Below are positions 48,416 to 60,540 of a stretch of 64,000 bases of DNA, in pieces (the first letter of the stretch is position 1; every line of letters starts with the position of its first letter). The DNA lies in the NCBI GenBank assembly GCA_977018835.1, contig OZ361258.1, positions 4,154,001 through 4,218,000 on the forward strand. Reading direction: 5' to 3'. The DNA comes from Minutocellus sp. GHC0000111. Its lineage: Eukaryota. The position numbers and the translations under genes are program-made. The notes under the pieces are model-generated. The model ran no database searches, was not told the origin of the DNA, and saw only the letters and a program-made list of their open reading frames with translations.

Positions 48416-49179
48416 GTTCCATGCGAATAAGGTCCAACTTCAACTCGTTTGCAGGACAGAGCCCCCACTTTCCTGAAGACACGGAACAGCTCTTAATCCA
48501 AGGAGATTGCGGCGCGATCAATGCTGCCAACTCGACTCATTCTCTTGTTTTTGCTGAGCTATGTAGCAAAATGGATGGCATGCGGCAGAAGGCCTCACTC
48601 CAACAAGAGTGCATTATTAGCACCAATTTTATAACCTGCCAGTAAAACCACATCTTAAAAATATAGTAATTAAAACGAATGCTACGAAAGGTTTCGGTTT
48701 AGCAAAGGCTGACAGTTAATCTTTTACTCGTCTGTCTTTCGTCCTGCATTACTGGATTAGTACAACAATAAAACCTGCCAGGAAAACCACAGGTAAAAAG
48801 ATTAGATTTTCAAACAAACACTAAGAAAGTTTTCGGTTTTATGGAAGTGCCGCCATTGAATATGTCTGTCCTTCTTCAGGATGAACGATAACAATAATTC
48901 TAAAACCTGCCAGGAAAACCACGAGAAAAAAGACTCATTATTCAAACAAGCGCAAATTAATATTGTGGTATGATGAAGAACTCGCTCAACGCATAACGCA
49001 TTTTCAAAAGCCAAGCAAAGCCGGGGGCTTCAAGAAGTTCAGACCCACAACAATCAATCTCCGAGCCAACACAATACAAGCAACAAAGACGAATCCTCAA
49101 CCGCCGCTGGAAAGAATACAGATACTACCGAAGAAGTCGAGACCAACGACGCTGATAAGTCGACCTCAACAGCCGCCTC

Positions 49180-49470
49180 AACCGCACGCCGAAGCAGCGG
49201 AGGCGGCGAAGGCATGCCGGCGCCCGGACGCACGACCGCACGCCGAAGCAGCGGAGGCGGCGAAGGCATGCCGCCACCCGGACGCACGACCGCACGCAAT
49301 AGCAGTCCAGGCCATACTGGTACCACTCCAAAACGTCAGGTCGCACGCACAAGCAGAGGCGGCGAAGGCATGCCGGCGCCCGGACGCACGACCGCACGCA
49401 ATAGCAGTCCAGGCCATACTGGTACCACTCCAAAACGTCAGGTCGCACGCACAAGCAGAGGCGGTCCGCC
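49180..49470. repeat. Nested GC-rich tandem repeats (48-bp and ~100-bp units)
   Basis: GAGGCGGCGAAGGCATGCCG occurs three times and GCAATAGCAGTCCAGGCCATACTGGTACCACTCC twice; both are visible as peptide repeats in the ORF track. Confidence 0.85.
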
Positions 49471-50359
49471 AATTCCGAAGAAGCATACCAACCTCCCCCA
49501 TGTCGACATTGAAATGACCCCGCATAACACTGACTTTGATATCACGAGATTCAAAAACATGACTCACACCGAAGAAATGCCACATGGCGCAATAGATATT
49601 CACTGCAACAACAACATGGTGTCAGCTCTATTCGACATAAATATTGGAGAGCTGCAACGATTCGAGAAATACGACAGTGTGCAGATGAGGCGACAGCTTA
49701 GCGAGCCTTTCAAGATAGGAGAACTATGGTGGATGTTGGGAATAGAGAAAGAACTTCACTCCGAACCTGATTTGGACTGCAGCGATAATGTTATGGATGC
49801 GACCAACACGGACAAGAATGACTGTGATGACAGCGATGATGAACCGATGATTGACATTGTCGTCCATCTATTTTGCCTGTCGATCGAATGCGACTTCGAC
49901 CAAGGCCACGGCTATCCAATTCTCATGCCCATCCGCAGAGGAGAAAACATGTTCTCCGCAGAATCTGGCTTGACATTCGGCAACCCAACAAGTTTCGTCC
50001 GCCTACCAGGTTCTATAAATTTCTTCATTGAATCTGGAAGGTCAAATGGAGCTAGAACAATCATTCTCGGAGGAGGAAATGGGCTCATAATGGATGGAAA
50101 ACAGCACTATCCACTTCATGCAACGGTGCTTGAAGACCATCACGACTATGTTCCCGTTGTTAATTCTACTGCAATTAAGGTTGGAGTTGAGTTTGTAGAA
50201 GGAATCCCAACAATCTCAGAGTCATTAGAAGAAAAAGATGACCGAAAAAGATCTGCTGCAAAGAACGAAATAGACGTCAACATAGATGAGGCCAAATCAA
50301 AAGAAGACGGTACGACCAAAAAAAGCAGAAATGAAACACACAACCAATATGAAATGTGA
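49214..50359 (+). CDS. Hypothetical protein (381 aa) inside the repeat block
   Basis: Long ORF with a repeat-derived N-terminus and a non-repetitive C-terminus; no family recognised; may be TE cargo or a pseudogene. Confidence 0.35.
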   Translation: MPAPGRTTARRSSGGGEGMPPPGRTTARNSSPGHTGTTPKRQVARTSRGGEGMPAPGRTTARNSSPGHTGTTPKRQVARTSRGGPPIPKKHTNLPHVDIEMTPHNTDFDITRFKNMTHTEEMPHGAIDIHCNNNMVSALFDINIGELQRFEKYDSVQMRRQLSEPFKIGELWWMLGIEKELHSEPDLDCSDNVMDATNTDKNDCDDSDDEPMIDIVVHLFCLSIECDFDQGHGYPILMPIRRGENMFSAESGLTFGNPTSFVRLPGSINFFIESGRSNGARTIILGGGNGLIMDGKQHYPLHATVLEDHHDYVPVVNSTAIKVGVEFVEGIPTISESLEEKDDRKRSAAKNEIDVNIDEAKSKEDGTTKKSRNETHNQYEM

Positions 50360-50638
50360 AATACCCTAAGTTATCCAAAATTCACCATGATAGACCTATC
50401 ATAAACTTAAGTTATCCAAACTTCAGTGTACTACATAGCTTTGTGAATGTCTACGTGTAGATAGACCATTAGAGAACCATAGCTCCAGCTCCAGCGGGAA
50501 ATACCCTAAGTTATCCAAAATTCACCATGATAGACCTATCATAAACTTAAGTTATCCAAACTTCAGTGTACTACATAGCTTTGTGAATGTCTACGTATAG
50601 ATAGACCATTAGAGAACCATAGCTCCAGCTCCAGCGGG
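50358..50638. repeat. 140-bp direct tandem duplication
   Basis: AAATACCCTAAGTTATCC...CTCCAGCTCCAGCGGG occurs twice; one difference seen (50457 G vs 50597 A). Confidence 0.9.
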
Positions 50639-51789
50639 GGAGCCCGTCGCTCCGCTCCCATATCCCCCCCTCCCCCGCACCCCCTTCCCTCCCTTTATCT
50701 GACACAAAAGAGCGGCAGACTTTCGAAAGCAAGCCGGAATCAACAATTTTTGCAAGAGACCCGGAGACCAACATAAATCAAAGCAACCTCGCCAGCTCTC
50801 TCACCACCTTTTTTCCTTGGTCATTGGCTAAAAAATAATCATTACGCCCGGTTTCGAACCAAAAGTTGATAAAGGCCTTATTTTCTGTGAGGAAACATGT
50901 GCGATCGGACAACACTTGCACTTTTGGCAGTCATTCCAACGCATGCGCATTTTCGAGTGTTTTAACTGTGAGGGTTAGGGTTGTAATGAATTTTCGGTCT
51001 CGATCGACGAGATGCACGAAGACACCCCAAAAAAGCACATCTTCGACGAACAGTTCCTCAACAAACATGCAACAAAATTCGACCGCACTTGCACCCACGA
51101 ATGCGCAATCATCTAGTCTACCTGCTGTGCAAGTTTCATTGCCATCGGCGACCGCCTTGACAGCCATGTGTGCAAAGTCATCGGTGGTCGCCCTCATCAT
51201 AAAAATCTTCATGGCTGAATATTTTGCGAGGCAAAAATTGAAGATAATATACATGGGAAGATTGTCCCGAATCAAACAAAAAAGGGGGTAGCCAAAATTT
51301 CACAGTAAAAGCCTGCCTAAAATGGCGATGCCATCCTCGGCCGGCTTGCTTTTTAGCACCAGAGTCTACATGGCTAACACATGCAACTGAAACAATCGTG
51401 CAAAATTTTTCGATGCATGCATTTCTTTAAGTAACAACCCTAATGACCCTATGACTTTTGGAGGCAAGGTCCACCAGATCCCCCCTCCACTCCACCCCCC
51501 ACAAATTAATCTTGTTTACACAAGCTAAATTTCTAGTGAGGGCTCGGTTACCTCGAGCCAACTAAATGTCGCCGAACGCGCTGGATGGATTGACTTGCTT
51601 GCTTGGCGCTTGGAGTTTCTGGGAGAAGCATCATCATCACACACAAAATCTCGTAAAGCAGTTCGCCGGAAAGGCGTGAATCATTCAATCATTCAAATAA
51701 TCAGGGCGCAGGCAATTCACCACCACCCAACAAGCCACTTCACGCAAGGAACCATTTCGGTGGCAAGACGAAAGTCCCAGCAGATCGAA

Positions 51790-53816
51790 ATGGAGGCACC
51801 CCATTTTTCGTGGCAACAGCGGCAGCAATATGCGCCGAACAATAATTTCTCCGAAACCACCGGTTGCTTTCCAAGCGTCGGAAACATCGGTAATTCGACG
51901 GTGGCAGGTCCCGCCTCGGCGCAGGACGACGATGGTGATCTCCCCGACGTCCCCTTGGAAATGCTGCCCAAATTTACCGACCAGGATGCGAAGCGTGATT
52001 TGGCCACCCTCACCATCAACGACATTGTCAAGCTGCAGGCCGATCTTACCGGCATGCAGGCCGGCACGTCGGGCATGTCGGGATTGAACATCGGCGGCAG
52101 TTCCCTCCCAGGTGTCAACGGATTAAATCCTGCACAAAGCAATCAGCTGCTACAAGCTCTTGATCGTGAAATAATGAAATTACCGCCCTCGGCCACGGAC
52201 GCATATCGCCAGGCCCTAGCAAAGTGTCCCGACGAGGTGAGCGCTGAGTGGCGGAAAGTTTTCTTGGAGGGCGAGGAAGGAAACCCTTCTCTCGCTGCTC
52301 GGCGAATGGCAAAATATTGGCAATTTCGACTTGATACATTTGGTCCCGACAAATGCTTTTTGCCCATGACTTTGACTGCTGCGATGGCAGATGAGTTGAT
52401 GCCCATGGCCGACAGGCGGGTGTACCAGCTCCTCCCCTGCACTGACGGGGCAGGTCGAGCCATTGTTTACTTGCGATTGGCAAATCGTGATTATTCGAGC
52501 TACAGTATGGACCAAGAGATTATGTGCTTGTTTTACCTTGTCGAAACGGTCGTAGCAACCAATCGAGGACGAGACCGTGGGTTCGTGCTTCTAATTGATG
52601 GACGCGACACGAGCCGGAAACATTTGTCGCGAAAATTCCCAAAGTATGTCCATGTCTTTGACAATACTTTTCCCGTTCGGTTGCGAGCATTCCACATCTG
52701 TCACCCAAACAACGTGATGTTTTATATCATCCATCCGATTGTGAAGCGTTTAATGCCGAAGCATGTTCGGCTTCGAGCGAAGATGCATAATGGAACAACG
52801 TCCGAGGTACTTCAAAGATTATCAGAATACAACCTCACCCCAGACTGCATTCCGACGGAACTCGGGGGAAACGTAAGTTTGGATATGAACCAATTCTTGA
52901 TGGACAGGATGATGGCGGAAGCAGCTGTTTTTGGCATCCATTTAGAGTCGGCGGGACAAGACGCGGATACTAGCGGTGCTACTGGACTTGCCGAGGTGGT
53001 AGCACCGCCGTCAAAACGCCCACGTAGTGCCGATGGGATGGACATGATGCGCTCAAGTGCATCTCCCCCAGAAATTTCTTCCGCATCATCGGCACAATCT
53101 CAACCTAGTCCGATCGGAGACGTGATTGGCAGTAGCGTCGCCTCCGTTTCAGTAAAGTCGAAAACGCTTCCCCGAAAAGCCAAGAGGATGGGCCAGCGCA
53201 ATGTGGTTGACCCTCGGATGGCCCTTGCGGTCAAGGCGAAGCAGAGCGATCCGGACATGAAGCTCTATGATGCCCTGGTCGCCGGAGGTTTTGTATTCAC
53301 CAACGATCCGGACGAGAGGGAGATGTATGATCAGGATGGTACTAGTTTGACGCAGGTGAGTTTGACAATACATACATATGATGCCGTTATCGTGATTGTT
53401 CGAAATGCTTTTTCTCTTCAAAAAATAAGCCTCACATTCAATCCCTCGCTCAACCCGCTTCCTTTGAACATGATCAGCGCAAGAACAACCTCTGTCGTCG
53501 GATTCGAATAGAGAAGCAGAAGAAGGGAAAGGAGGCCGGCGAAGGCAAGAAAACACCAGAAGGCAGATCTGCGTCGAAATATGGCGTTGGTGGCGGAGTT
53601 GATGCCTTTTTGGGTGTGGAGTACACGCACAGCGGTGCTCCCGCTCAGCTGGCACCCCAGCCGCAAGCTGTGCCATCTGGCAATGATGCATCTCTGATTG
53701 GGCAAGGGCCTGATGTTCAGCGCAGCGATTTTTTTCTTGAGGAAATTATGGACCTCCCTGACATTGATAACTTTGATGTTGGAGGTGATGATGATCTTGG
53801 GTTTCTTCAGGATTGA
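51790..53816 (+). CDS. CRAL-TRIO (Sec14-like) lipid-binding protein with a C-terminal basic domain; exons 51790-53355 and 53478-53816
   Basis: AARRMAKYWQFR..FG, DGAGRAIVY, FPVRLRAFHICHP and IPTELGG are CRAL-TRIO motifs. GTGAG...ATCAG intron 53356-53477 gives TQ-RKNNLCRRIR. Confidence 0.85.
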
Positions 53817-53958
53817 GGAACTACCGTAGTCAAGTGCACAGGCAGCAGGGTGGGGCTTACCGGTACGACTGCTATGTTGTAAAACAGGTGATAGAAGTGG
53901 CTTACTATGTAGCTAGTAGCATTTCGTTCTTGAACTACTTGCACCGGCACCGGTAGTA

Positions 53959-54070
53959 GATCTACCGGGTTGCAGGGAGATGTCATGTAAATAATGTACC
54001 AATGGTAAACATGATCTACCGGGTTGCAGGGAGATGTCATGTAAATAATGTACCAATGGTAAACATGATC
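53959..54070. repeat. 54-bp direct tandem duplication
   Basis: GATCTACCGGGTTGCAGGGAGATGTCATGTAAATAATGTACCAATGGTAAACAT occurs twice in tandem. Confidence 0.9.
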
Positions 54071-54552
54071 CTCCTTCCTTGTCCGTCCGTCGGTCCTGTT
54101 TTCCCCAGCTTCCAAGTGACGTATCTTTCTGACACAACCACGATCTATGCCCATAAATGACCGCTCCCATGATTTATGCCGCAATAAGATGGTGCAGACG
54201 TCGCTGTGCCGTCGTGACGTTCCTCGCCCTCTCGCCCTCTCCAATCATTCGTCGCAACACCAACGCCGCTTTATTGCCCACAAAGACCCAGTATTCTCTG
54301 GTCTGACCAATAATAGTTAGCTACATGTAGGCGGCGCAACACCCGTGAATTTGGCCGGTATCTAGTTCGAGCACATAAACGTACTTGCCCATTCGAAATC
54401 AAAAGCAGCCTCGCCGAGCAGCCAGGCATTAATTACTCCGAGGCATCCGACGTCGAGAACTCGAGGCCCAATCGAATATATATTGCCACTAGCTAGAGTT
54501 GCAAAGGTTGACCTGGTTTGCTTCCAAAGCACTGCCTATCAATAATAGATAA

Positions 54553-56556
54553 ATGTCGGAGATTCCCTCGATGAGCCCAAACCGGAGACGGAGGCGGATG
54601 ACGTCTTCGGTGAGGAGGCCTAATGATAATTGTTGTGCGGAATCATCCTCCACCGCATCGCCCCCGTCGTCGACTAGCAGTACCGCCGGCATGTCGTCGC
54701 TATGCCTCGGCCTTGCCGTTTTTCTGGCCCTCCCCGCCCTCGTCGGCGGAATGACGGCCAATCCCCGCCCGTTCGTCACGACGCACGGGCCAATTGTTGA
54801 TGAAAGTGAGCCCGACAAGAAGGCTTCGATCACCCTCCGCCTGAATGGCGATCCGACCCACCATTACCTCACCGACCTCGATGGTTTCACCTGCCTGATG
54901 AACGAGGAGACGGAATACTACCACTACGCCGTCCGGGCTTCGTCGATCGACACTGCTCAACAGCACGGCCATCCCGACGAGCTGGTGCCGCACCCCACGG
55001 CCATATGTGGATCTCTCACCAACCCCCTCGAGGAGCTGTAGGGAATTGATGGCAGGAGAATGGTCCCGCCCAAGTCCATCCGATTGGATCAGTGCGGTCG
55101 GTACTGTGCTGATCGGGAGGAGCGGATCGAGAGGAGGGAGCGGGAGCGGGAGCGGCAGCTCTGGGCTCAGGACAAGGGCGAAGTAGAAGAAGACAAGGAA
55201 AGGAGGATGCTCCGTGGTAGTGATAGTGACAAAGACATGGATGGCAGTCTTGCCCATGTCCCTACCATGATCACCGGCGATCCCCTCCACGTCGTTCCGG
55301 CCGCGTCCCTCGAATCCAGGTCCAACTCTCCCAACCAAGAAGGGGAACCAACCGCCTCCCAGATCCGTGCGTCCATTCAGCACCAGCTCCAAAACCAGGT
55401 CCGGCACCTGACCGGTTCGTCCGGAACCCTCCGCTGCCTGGTCATACCCTTCAAATTCTCCGACCATACCAACCGCCCCCTCCCCACCAAATCGGAACTG
55501 CATATCATGATGGGACACGACGGCCTCCACCCTAAATACGCCCCCACCGGTTCCGTCAGGTACGCCCTCGACGAATTCTCCTACGGCAACCTCGATCTCG
55601 ATCCCGTCGTTTGGGATTGGGTCACCCTGTCGCAAACCGAGTCCCATTACTCCGGCGTTCAGCAGGGGGGTGGCATGGGACTCGGTACCTACTTCCACGA
55701 TGCCCTCCGCGAGGCTCTGGCCATCCACAACAATGCCCGTGCCGACTTTAAGCAGTTCGACGTCAAGGAACACAACGGAGCCGGAGATGGTTGGATCGAT
55801 GCCATCCTCTTTCTCCACTCCGGATACGGTGCCGAGGGAGGCTTCACCGACTGCAACGGTACGCCGATGCAGGCGTTGATTTGGTCTCATGAGTGGAGCT
55901 TTCAGACTCCGTGGACCAGTCACGACAATGTCAAGGTCGGCAAGTATGCCGTGAACAGTGCCGTGTACGGCAGCGGGATGGAAGATCTGGACGGAGATGG
56001 CATTGATGACTGCACCGGCTATCCGTGCTGTGCCAATCCCCCGCCCATTGCTAGGGTGGGCAGTCTGATCCATGAGATTATGCAGTGAGTCATTAATTGG
56101 TGTATACATGCATGTGTTAATCATGCCGATATCCCAATTTGAAGTGCGCCCTGGGTGTTTTATGATTGGATTGTGCCTCACCCATCTCCCCCTTTCATTA
56201 TCTAATCCCTCCTCCAATCAATTTCCCCAACAGCTACCTCGACCTGCCCGATCTCTACGACTCCGAGGGTGGGGTGAGATGTCGTTGACATAAAGTTTGA
56301 TATCTGATGCATCTTTACCTCCAATGTCTGCTCACCACACTCATGTTATATTGTCCTCAAAACTTCTCCCCCATACTCCGAAAAATTACAGTTTGGCGCC
56401 GGCAGCTGGGCAATCATGGCGAACGCCTGGGGACACGATGACTCCCAGAAGAACTGTCCTCAGCTCAGTCCCTGGTCGAAGTCGGCGTTTGGTTGGATGA
56501 AACAATTACTCGTCACCCAGGAGGGTACCTACGAGGCCAATCTGAGGATACATTAA
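54553..56556 (+). pseudogene. M6-family (immune inhibitor A-like) secreted metalloprotease, disrupted and 3'-truncated
   Basis: Signal peptide; FSDH, DGWIDAILFLHSGYGAE, IWSH. HEIMH-YLDLPDLYD is assembled across intron 56085-56233; second intron 56274-56391; then IMANAWG...PWSKSAFGW. In-frame TAG at 55039-55041; cut at 56533 by the duplication junction. Confidence 0.85.
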
Positions 56557-57050
56557 GCTTCAACTATATCCAAATATGATAATGAATGCGTATTTGGTAC
56601 GAAAATATAGTTATACGCCGGCGCAACGCCGACGGACCACCATGGTGTTGGACGGTCAAAGAATGGGTGACGAACGAGATTGGGTTTTGGTGGGTTTCTT
56701 CGTGACGTGTTCGTCTTCTGCCGAAAAACGCTTCATCCGACCGGCGAAACAAGACGAGATGGGGCTGTGGACCGGCGAAACAAGACGAGATGGGGCTGTG
56801 GACTGCAGGCAGACATTGCAACATGCAGACGCCGGCCCCCGCCCCCAGCTGGCGAAAGACGACCTCGGGTTTAAATGTCTGTACATGTAGTCGTAATCAT
56901 CAGCTCTTTGATTAGATTGATGATTTACCAGTATTCGCAAAGGACAATGTAAGTTACATCCTTTAGAAGCTGGCCAGCCGCAAACGCATGTACCGGTGAT
57001 AATGATCAGCTTGACATATCAATTCAGCACAATTATCCACCGGTGCCTGC

Positions 57051-58150
57051 CTACGCTGCAACAAGCTCAACAGAATCTCCAGGCATGATTCGGCCAGGCA
57101 CAACAACCCTCGCGTACCACCCACGAAACCCATCGTCAATGCCAAGTTTTTCTATGAAAGATTGGCACTTCTCAATGCGTTGCCTTGGCTCCAGTAGCTC
57201 CGTATTGATGAAGGGCAGGTTGCAGAGATCTGAGAGAGAACGTTGTTGAATTGCCAGGGCATAAAAGTACAAGAGTGAGTAATAAGATCCCCATCTCATG
57301 CTCACGTGACGGTGCAAAGCTATTGTATACCAATATAACGATACTCACTTGCACACGGAACTGCCGGCTCGGTGATTTCTATTATTGCCCCATCGACTCC
57401 ACCTTCTTTTTTGGAGAAGCGATACATCTTTCCGACCTCAAAAAACGTATAACTCAATTCATCGACCAACACATTTTCGCCCAAATCTCCGTCCTGTAGT
57501 CGACTAAATATTGGCTCGTCACGGACGTATGCCAGCACATCCGAAGTTAGGATGCATACTGCTCGGTCGGGTGTGCTTCCCAATGCCATAGTTCTATAGT
57601 GATTGTAGTCACCACTGACGCCAGAGGGCTCGATATCAATAAATGGTTGGGAGTCCTTCCGTGTCGTGTAGCCAGGACGACCTGGTTTGCTTTTGTCACC
57701 CTGATTATTCCGATATGCAGTCCTTGTTACCTTCCCGATACCCCTCTTTCTCTGTTCCTCTATTGCAGCGTCAATTGCGTTGTCATCCTGTTCCTCGGTC
57801 ATTGTGGCTATGAACGACGATGCTCTCTCCACTAAGCTGCTGATGGGATTCAATCCGAGGAATAACGATGATGAAGATGTTGTCCTCCTCCTCTTCCTCC
57901 CCGTTATGCCTCCACTCCATTTCTGCTCTACATCGATTCTATACTTTAGTCGACGGAACGAGTCGGTGTCCTTGTCGAACGCTCTCGATGCAAATGCCAG
58001 ACGAGTGTCGTCACCGGTCAATGGTCTGGCGGTACTTGCTCTATTGCTGGAAGAAAATCCAAGAGTGACCGCAAACAAGGCGGCGGCAAGAGCAGCAATG
58101 ATGACACCCTTTGACTTTGGCAATGGTGAAAGGGCGCTCATGGTCTTCAA
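57051..58150 (-). CDS. MOSC-domain protein (duplicate copy)
   Basis: ORF translations identical to 39645-40744. Confidence 0.85.
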
Positions 58151-58364
58151 TTTATCTCACCGCGGTCCAAGGCCGATGAAGACGGGTGCTGGTGGACGCG
58201 GCAAAGTGGCAGCAGGCAGACAGTGACGTACTTTACGGGGGATTCCCAAAAGATACGTGCGGCGGCGGCGGCCTCGTGTGGTGTGGCGCCAGTCCACCAA
58301 GCAATCACAAAAAGAAGAGCACTCAAAGTTTGACATACAGGTACCGGTACTACGTAGCTAGGCT

Positions 58365-60356
58365 CTAAATCAAGATCTGCACATCGTTAGTTTCCTCAGG
58401 TTCCAACAATTTGCCAGTCTTCTCAAAGCGCTCCAAATCATGGTATGTGAGCTGTGCCTTTGGATCTACTATTGTGTTTGGCCAACCGTCAATATTATAA
58501 TCCCAGGGCCGAAACAGTGTCTCCACATCTCCAATCTCCCCCAATTGTTCATGGTGCCATTTTTTTACGTAAGACCCACGTGGATCGTACCGCATCGCCT
58601 GTGATATTGTGCGAAAGTGTCTGTTCTTGGGATCTGATCCCACTCCACTAAAATAAGCCCAGTTACCCCAGTTGGCGGCAACGCAAAAGTCATCGAGAAG
58701 GAATTGAAACAGCTCAGCACCAGCGCGCCAATCAATCTTGAGATCTTTTACCAAGAATGAAGCTGCATTTTGTCGAACTCGATTGGAGCAGTAACCCGTT
58801 TGGAGAAGTTCCTTCATCGCTGCATCCACTAGAGGAAAGCCGGTGCATCCCTTCGCCCAGCATTCCCATTCCTGTGCGTGGTTCGATGGGTCGTTCCATG
58901 CCAAATCTCGTCCCTTCTTGTGCGAAAGAGAAGGGTCAGCCCCCTCCAATTGAAATATTTTACGACCGTTCCGTAGAAAATAATACAAGAAGTAATCTCT
59001 CATTTCCATGTGCGAAACGAGCCACTTGGCATCGTCTCCAGCCTTTGAAGCCTCCTCATAAATTGTCCTCGGCGACAGACAACCATAAGCAAGATGTGCG
59101 CTAAATTTCGAGCTGTCATCGTTGGTGATGACATCTGCCAATGAACGATCAGCCTTCTCAGCTCTGCCACTGACAATAAAATCTTTTAAACGTTTGAGCG
59201 CGGCCGTTTCTCCGCAGGAAGTTGATTTGGCGTCCGACGAAGCACATGCGTGATCGATAGCCGATACCAAGAATTCTCCAGATAGACCCATTATCGGCTT
59301 CGACGTAGCATCTGATGCAATAGAATTCACCAGTGGTTCATACAGTCCCCGAAGTTTCCGCATGCTACCTGAATCAAAATTGTCATTGAACGCAGATGGA
59401 GTTCTCAATTTGGTCGGAGCTGCAAGAGCCGGTCGGACTTTTGCAAACGACCGAACAGCGCGTCGGTAATCCCCCATCACTGTGCACATCCCACCGAATC
59501 GCTTTTGCGACACATCCACGAGTTTGTGTTGTGGCACCCCATATTCTTCCGGCCATTGCTCCATGTTACTCCTACTCATGGTACCTCTTGCATTGGTTTT
59601 CTTCCTTGCCTTCTTTTCGGACTGCTTCTGCTTGGGATGCGCCAAAATCCTCCAGAGACCAGCATCACCACCGGGCGGTAGATCGTCGGGATGATAGAGG
59701 GAATATCCCATGTCGGTCACCACACGAACCCCATCGGTGTGAAAGCACAACTCTTGAAACATTTTTTGCGACTCATCCGTCTCCTCTGTTCCTGGTATCT
59801 CATTCCAATGCACTTCAGTCGCGCCGATTTCTCGTGCCAGCGAGGGCACAATATCCACCGGATCACCAACTCGTATTATCAATTCTCCACCTATCGATCT
59901 GATATTGGCCCGCAAATCCGATAAAGCGTGGAGCAGATACCGCGCCGCGTGTGGTCCAACTCGAATGGCATCCCACTTGTTTGGTAGACACGTGGAGGGA
60001 ACGGGTGCAAAGTCACGCGGGTTGATGACGTACACGCTGAGGCAGGATGCGGATGAAGTACTTGTGTCGAGGTTAGAGTAGAGAGAACTGGCATGAAGAC
60101 GCAAATCGCGCCGGTGCCAGATGAGCCGTACCCCACTATCTTCATCTTCGCTATTACCGATATTGGACATCATGCCGATCGTGACGAAAGATCGCTTGGA
60201 ACGAGATGTAGAATTATTTCCACTGTTTGGGTGAAAAAATGAACGCACAAAAGTCGGCTTGGAGCAAAATACACTAGTCGGATGAAGAAACGAACGGACA
60301 GGAGTTGGGTAAAGGAGCGCAAAGAGGGACGCCAAGCAGAAGAAGACGGACCTCAT
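58365..60356 (-). CDS. Cryptochrome DASH-like protein (duplicate copy)
   Basis: Translation identical to 40959-42950. Confidence 0.9.
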   Translation of the reverse strand: MRSVFFCLASLFALLYPTPVRSFLHPTSVFCSKPTFVRSFFHPNSGNNSTSRSKRSFVTIGMMSNIGNSEDEDSGVRLIWHRRDLRLHASSLYSNLDTSTSSASCLSVYVINPRDFAPVPSTCLPNKWDAIRVGPHAARYLLHALSDLRANIRSIGGELIIRVGDPVDIVPSLAREIGATEVHWNEIPGTEETDESQKMFQELCFHTDGVRVVTDMGYSLYHPDDLPPGGDAGLWRILAHPKQKQSEKKARKKTNARGTMSRSNMEQWPEEYGVPQHKLVDVSQKRFGGMCTVMGDYRRAVRSFAKVRPALAAPTKLRTPSAFNDNFDSGSMRKLRGLYEPLVNSIASDATSKPIMGLSGEFLVSAIDHACASSDAKSTSCGETAALKRLKDFIVSGRAEKADRSLADVITNDDSSKFSAHLAYGCLSPRTIYEEASKAGDDAKWLVSHMEMRDYFLYYFLRNGRKIFQLEGADPSLSHKKGRDLAWNDPSNHAQEWECWAKGCTGFPLVDAAMKELLQTGYCSNRVRQNAASFLVKDLKIDWRAGAELFQFLLDDFCVAANWGNWAYFSGVGSDPKNRHFRTISQAMRYDPRGSYVKKWHHEQLGEIGDVETLFRPWDYNIDGWPNTIVDPKAQLTYHDLERFEKTGKLLEPEETNDVQILI

Positions 60357-60540
60357 GGCGGACTGGCTGGCTGGCCGAGAAAATGAAGGCAGAGCCGCCA
60401 CGGAGAGTGCAGAGAGGCCACTGAGTCATCCAGTCGAACGAGTCGTCGGTCTGTCCTTCGCTCATAAGACCGGGTGTCTGTCAAAGATCGAGAGGCTGAC
60501 ATTCGCCATTTTCGGCTTGTATCCTCCAATCAAAGCAACC

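Larger units (their letters stand above)
46300..51510. mobile_element. Decayed repeat/transposon block, probably Helitron-related (boundaries approximate)
   Basis: No intact host genes; PIF1-like and F-box-like remnants, AT-rich minisatellite-like flanks, internal duplications and G/C-tract ends. Canonical Helitron termini not found. Confidence 0.55.

Noticed and set aside
49180..49470. CRISPR-like array
   Set aside because: The sequences between repeats are themselves repeated, there are no unique spacers or cas genes, and the context is eukaryotic.
50969..50984. Telomere-like GAGGGTTAGGGTT
   Set aside because: Only about two units, which is expected by chance.
51533..51560. Helitron 3' end (GGCTCG/CGAGCC hairpin then CTAG on the minus strand)
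   Set aside because: Wrong side relative to the minus-strand PIF1 remnant, spacing too short, and not followed by T.
481..55041. Alternative genetic code or stop read-through as the explanation for in-frame TAA/TAG
   Set aside because: Intact genes end in TAA, TAG and TGA, and the P5 gene also has a frameshift; decay or sequence error is simpler.
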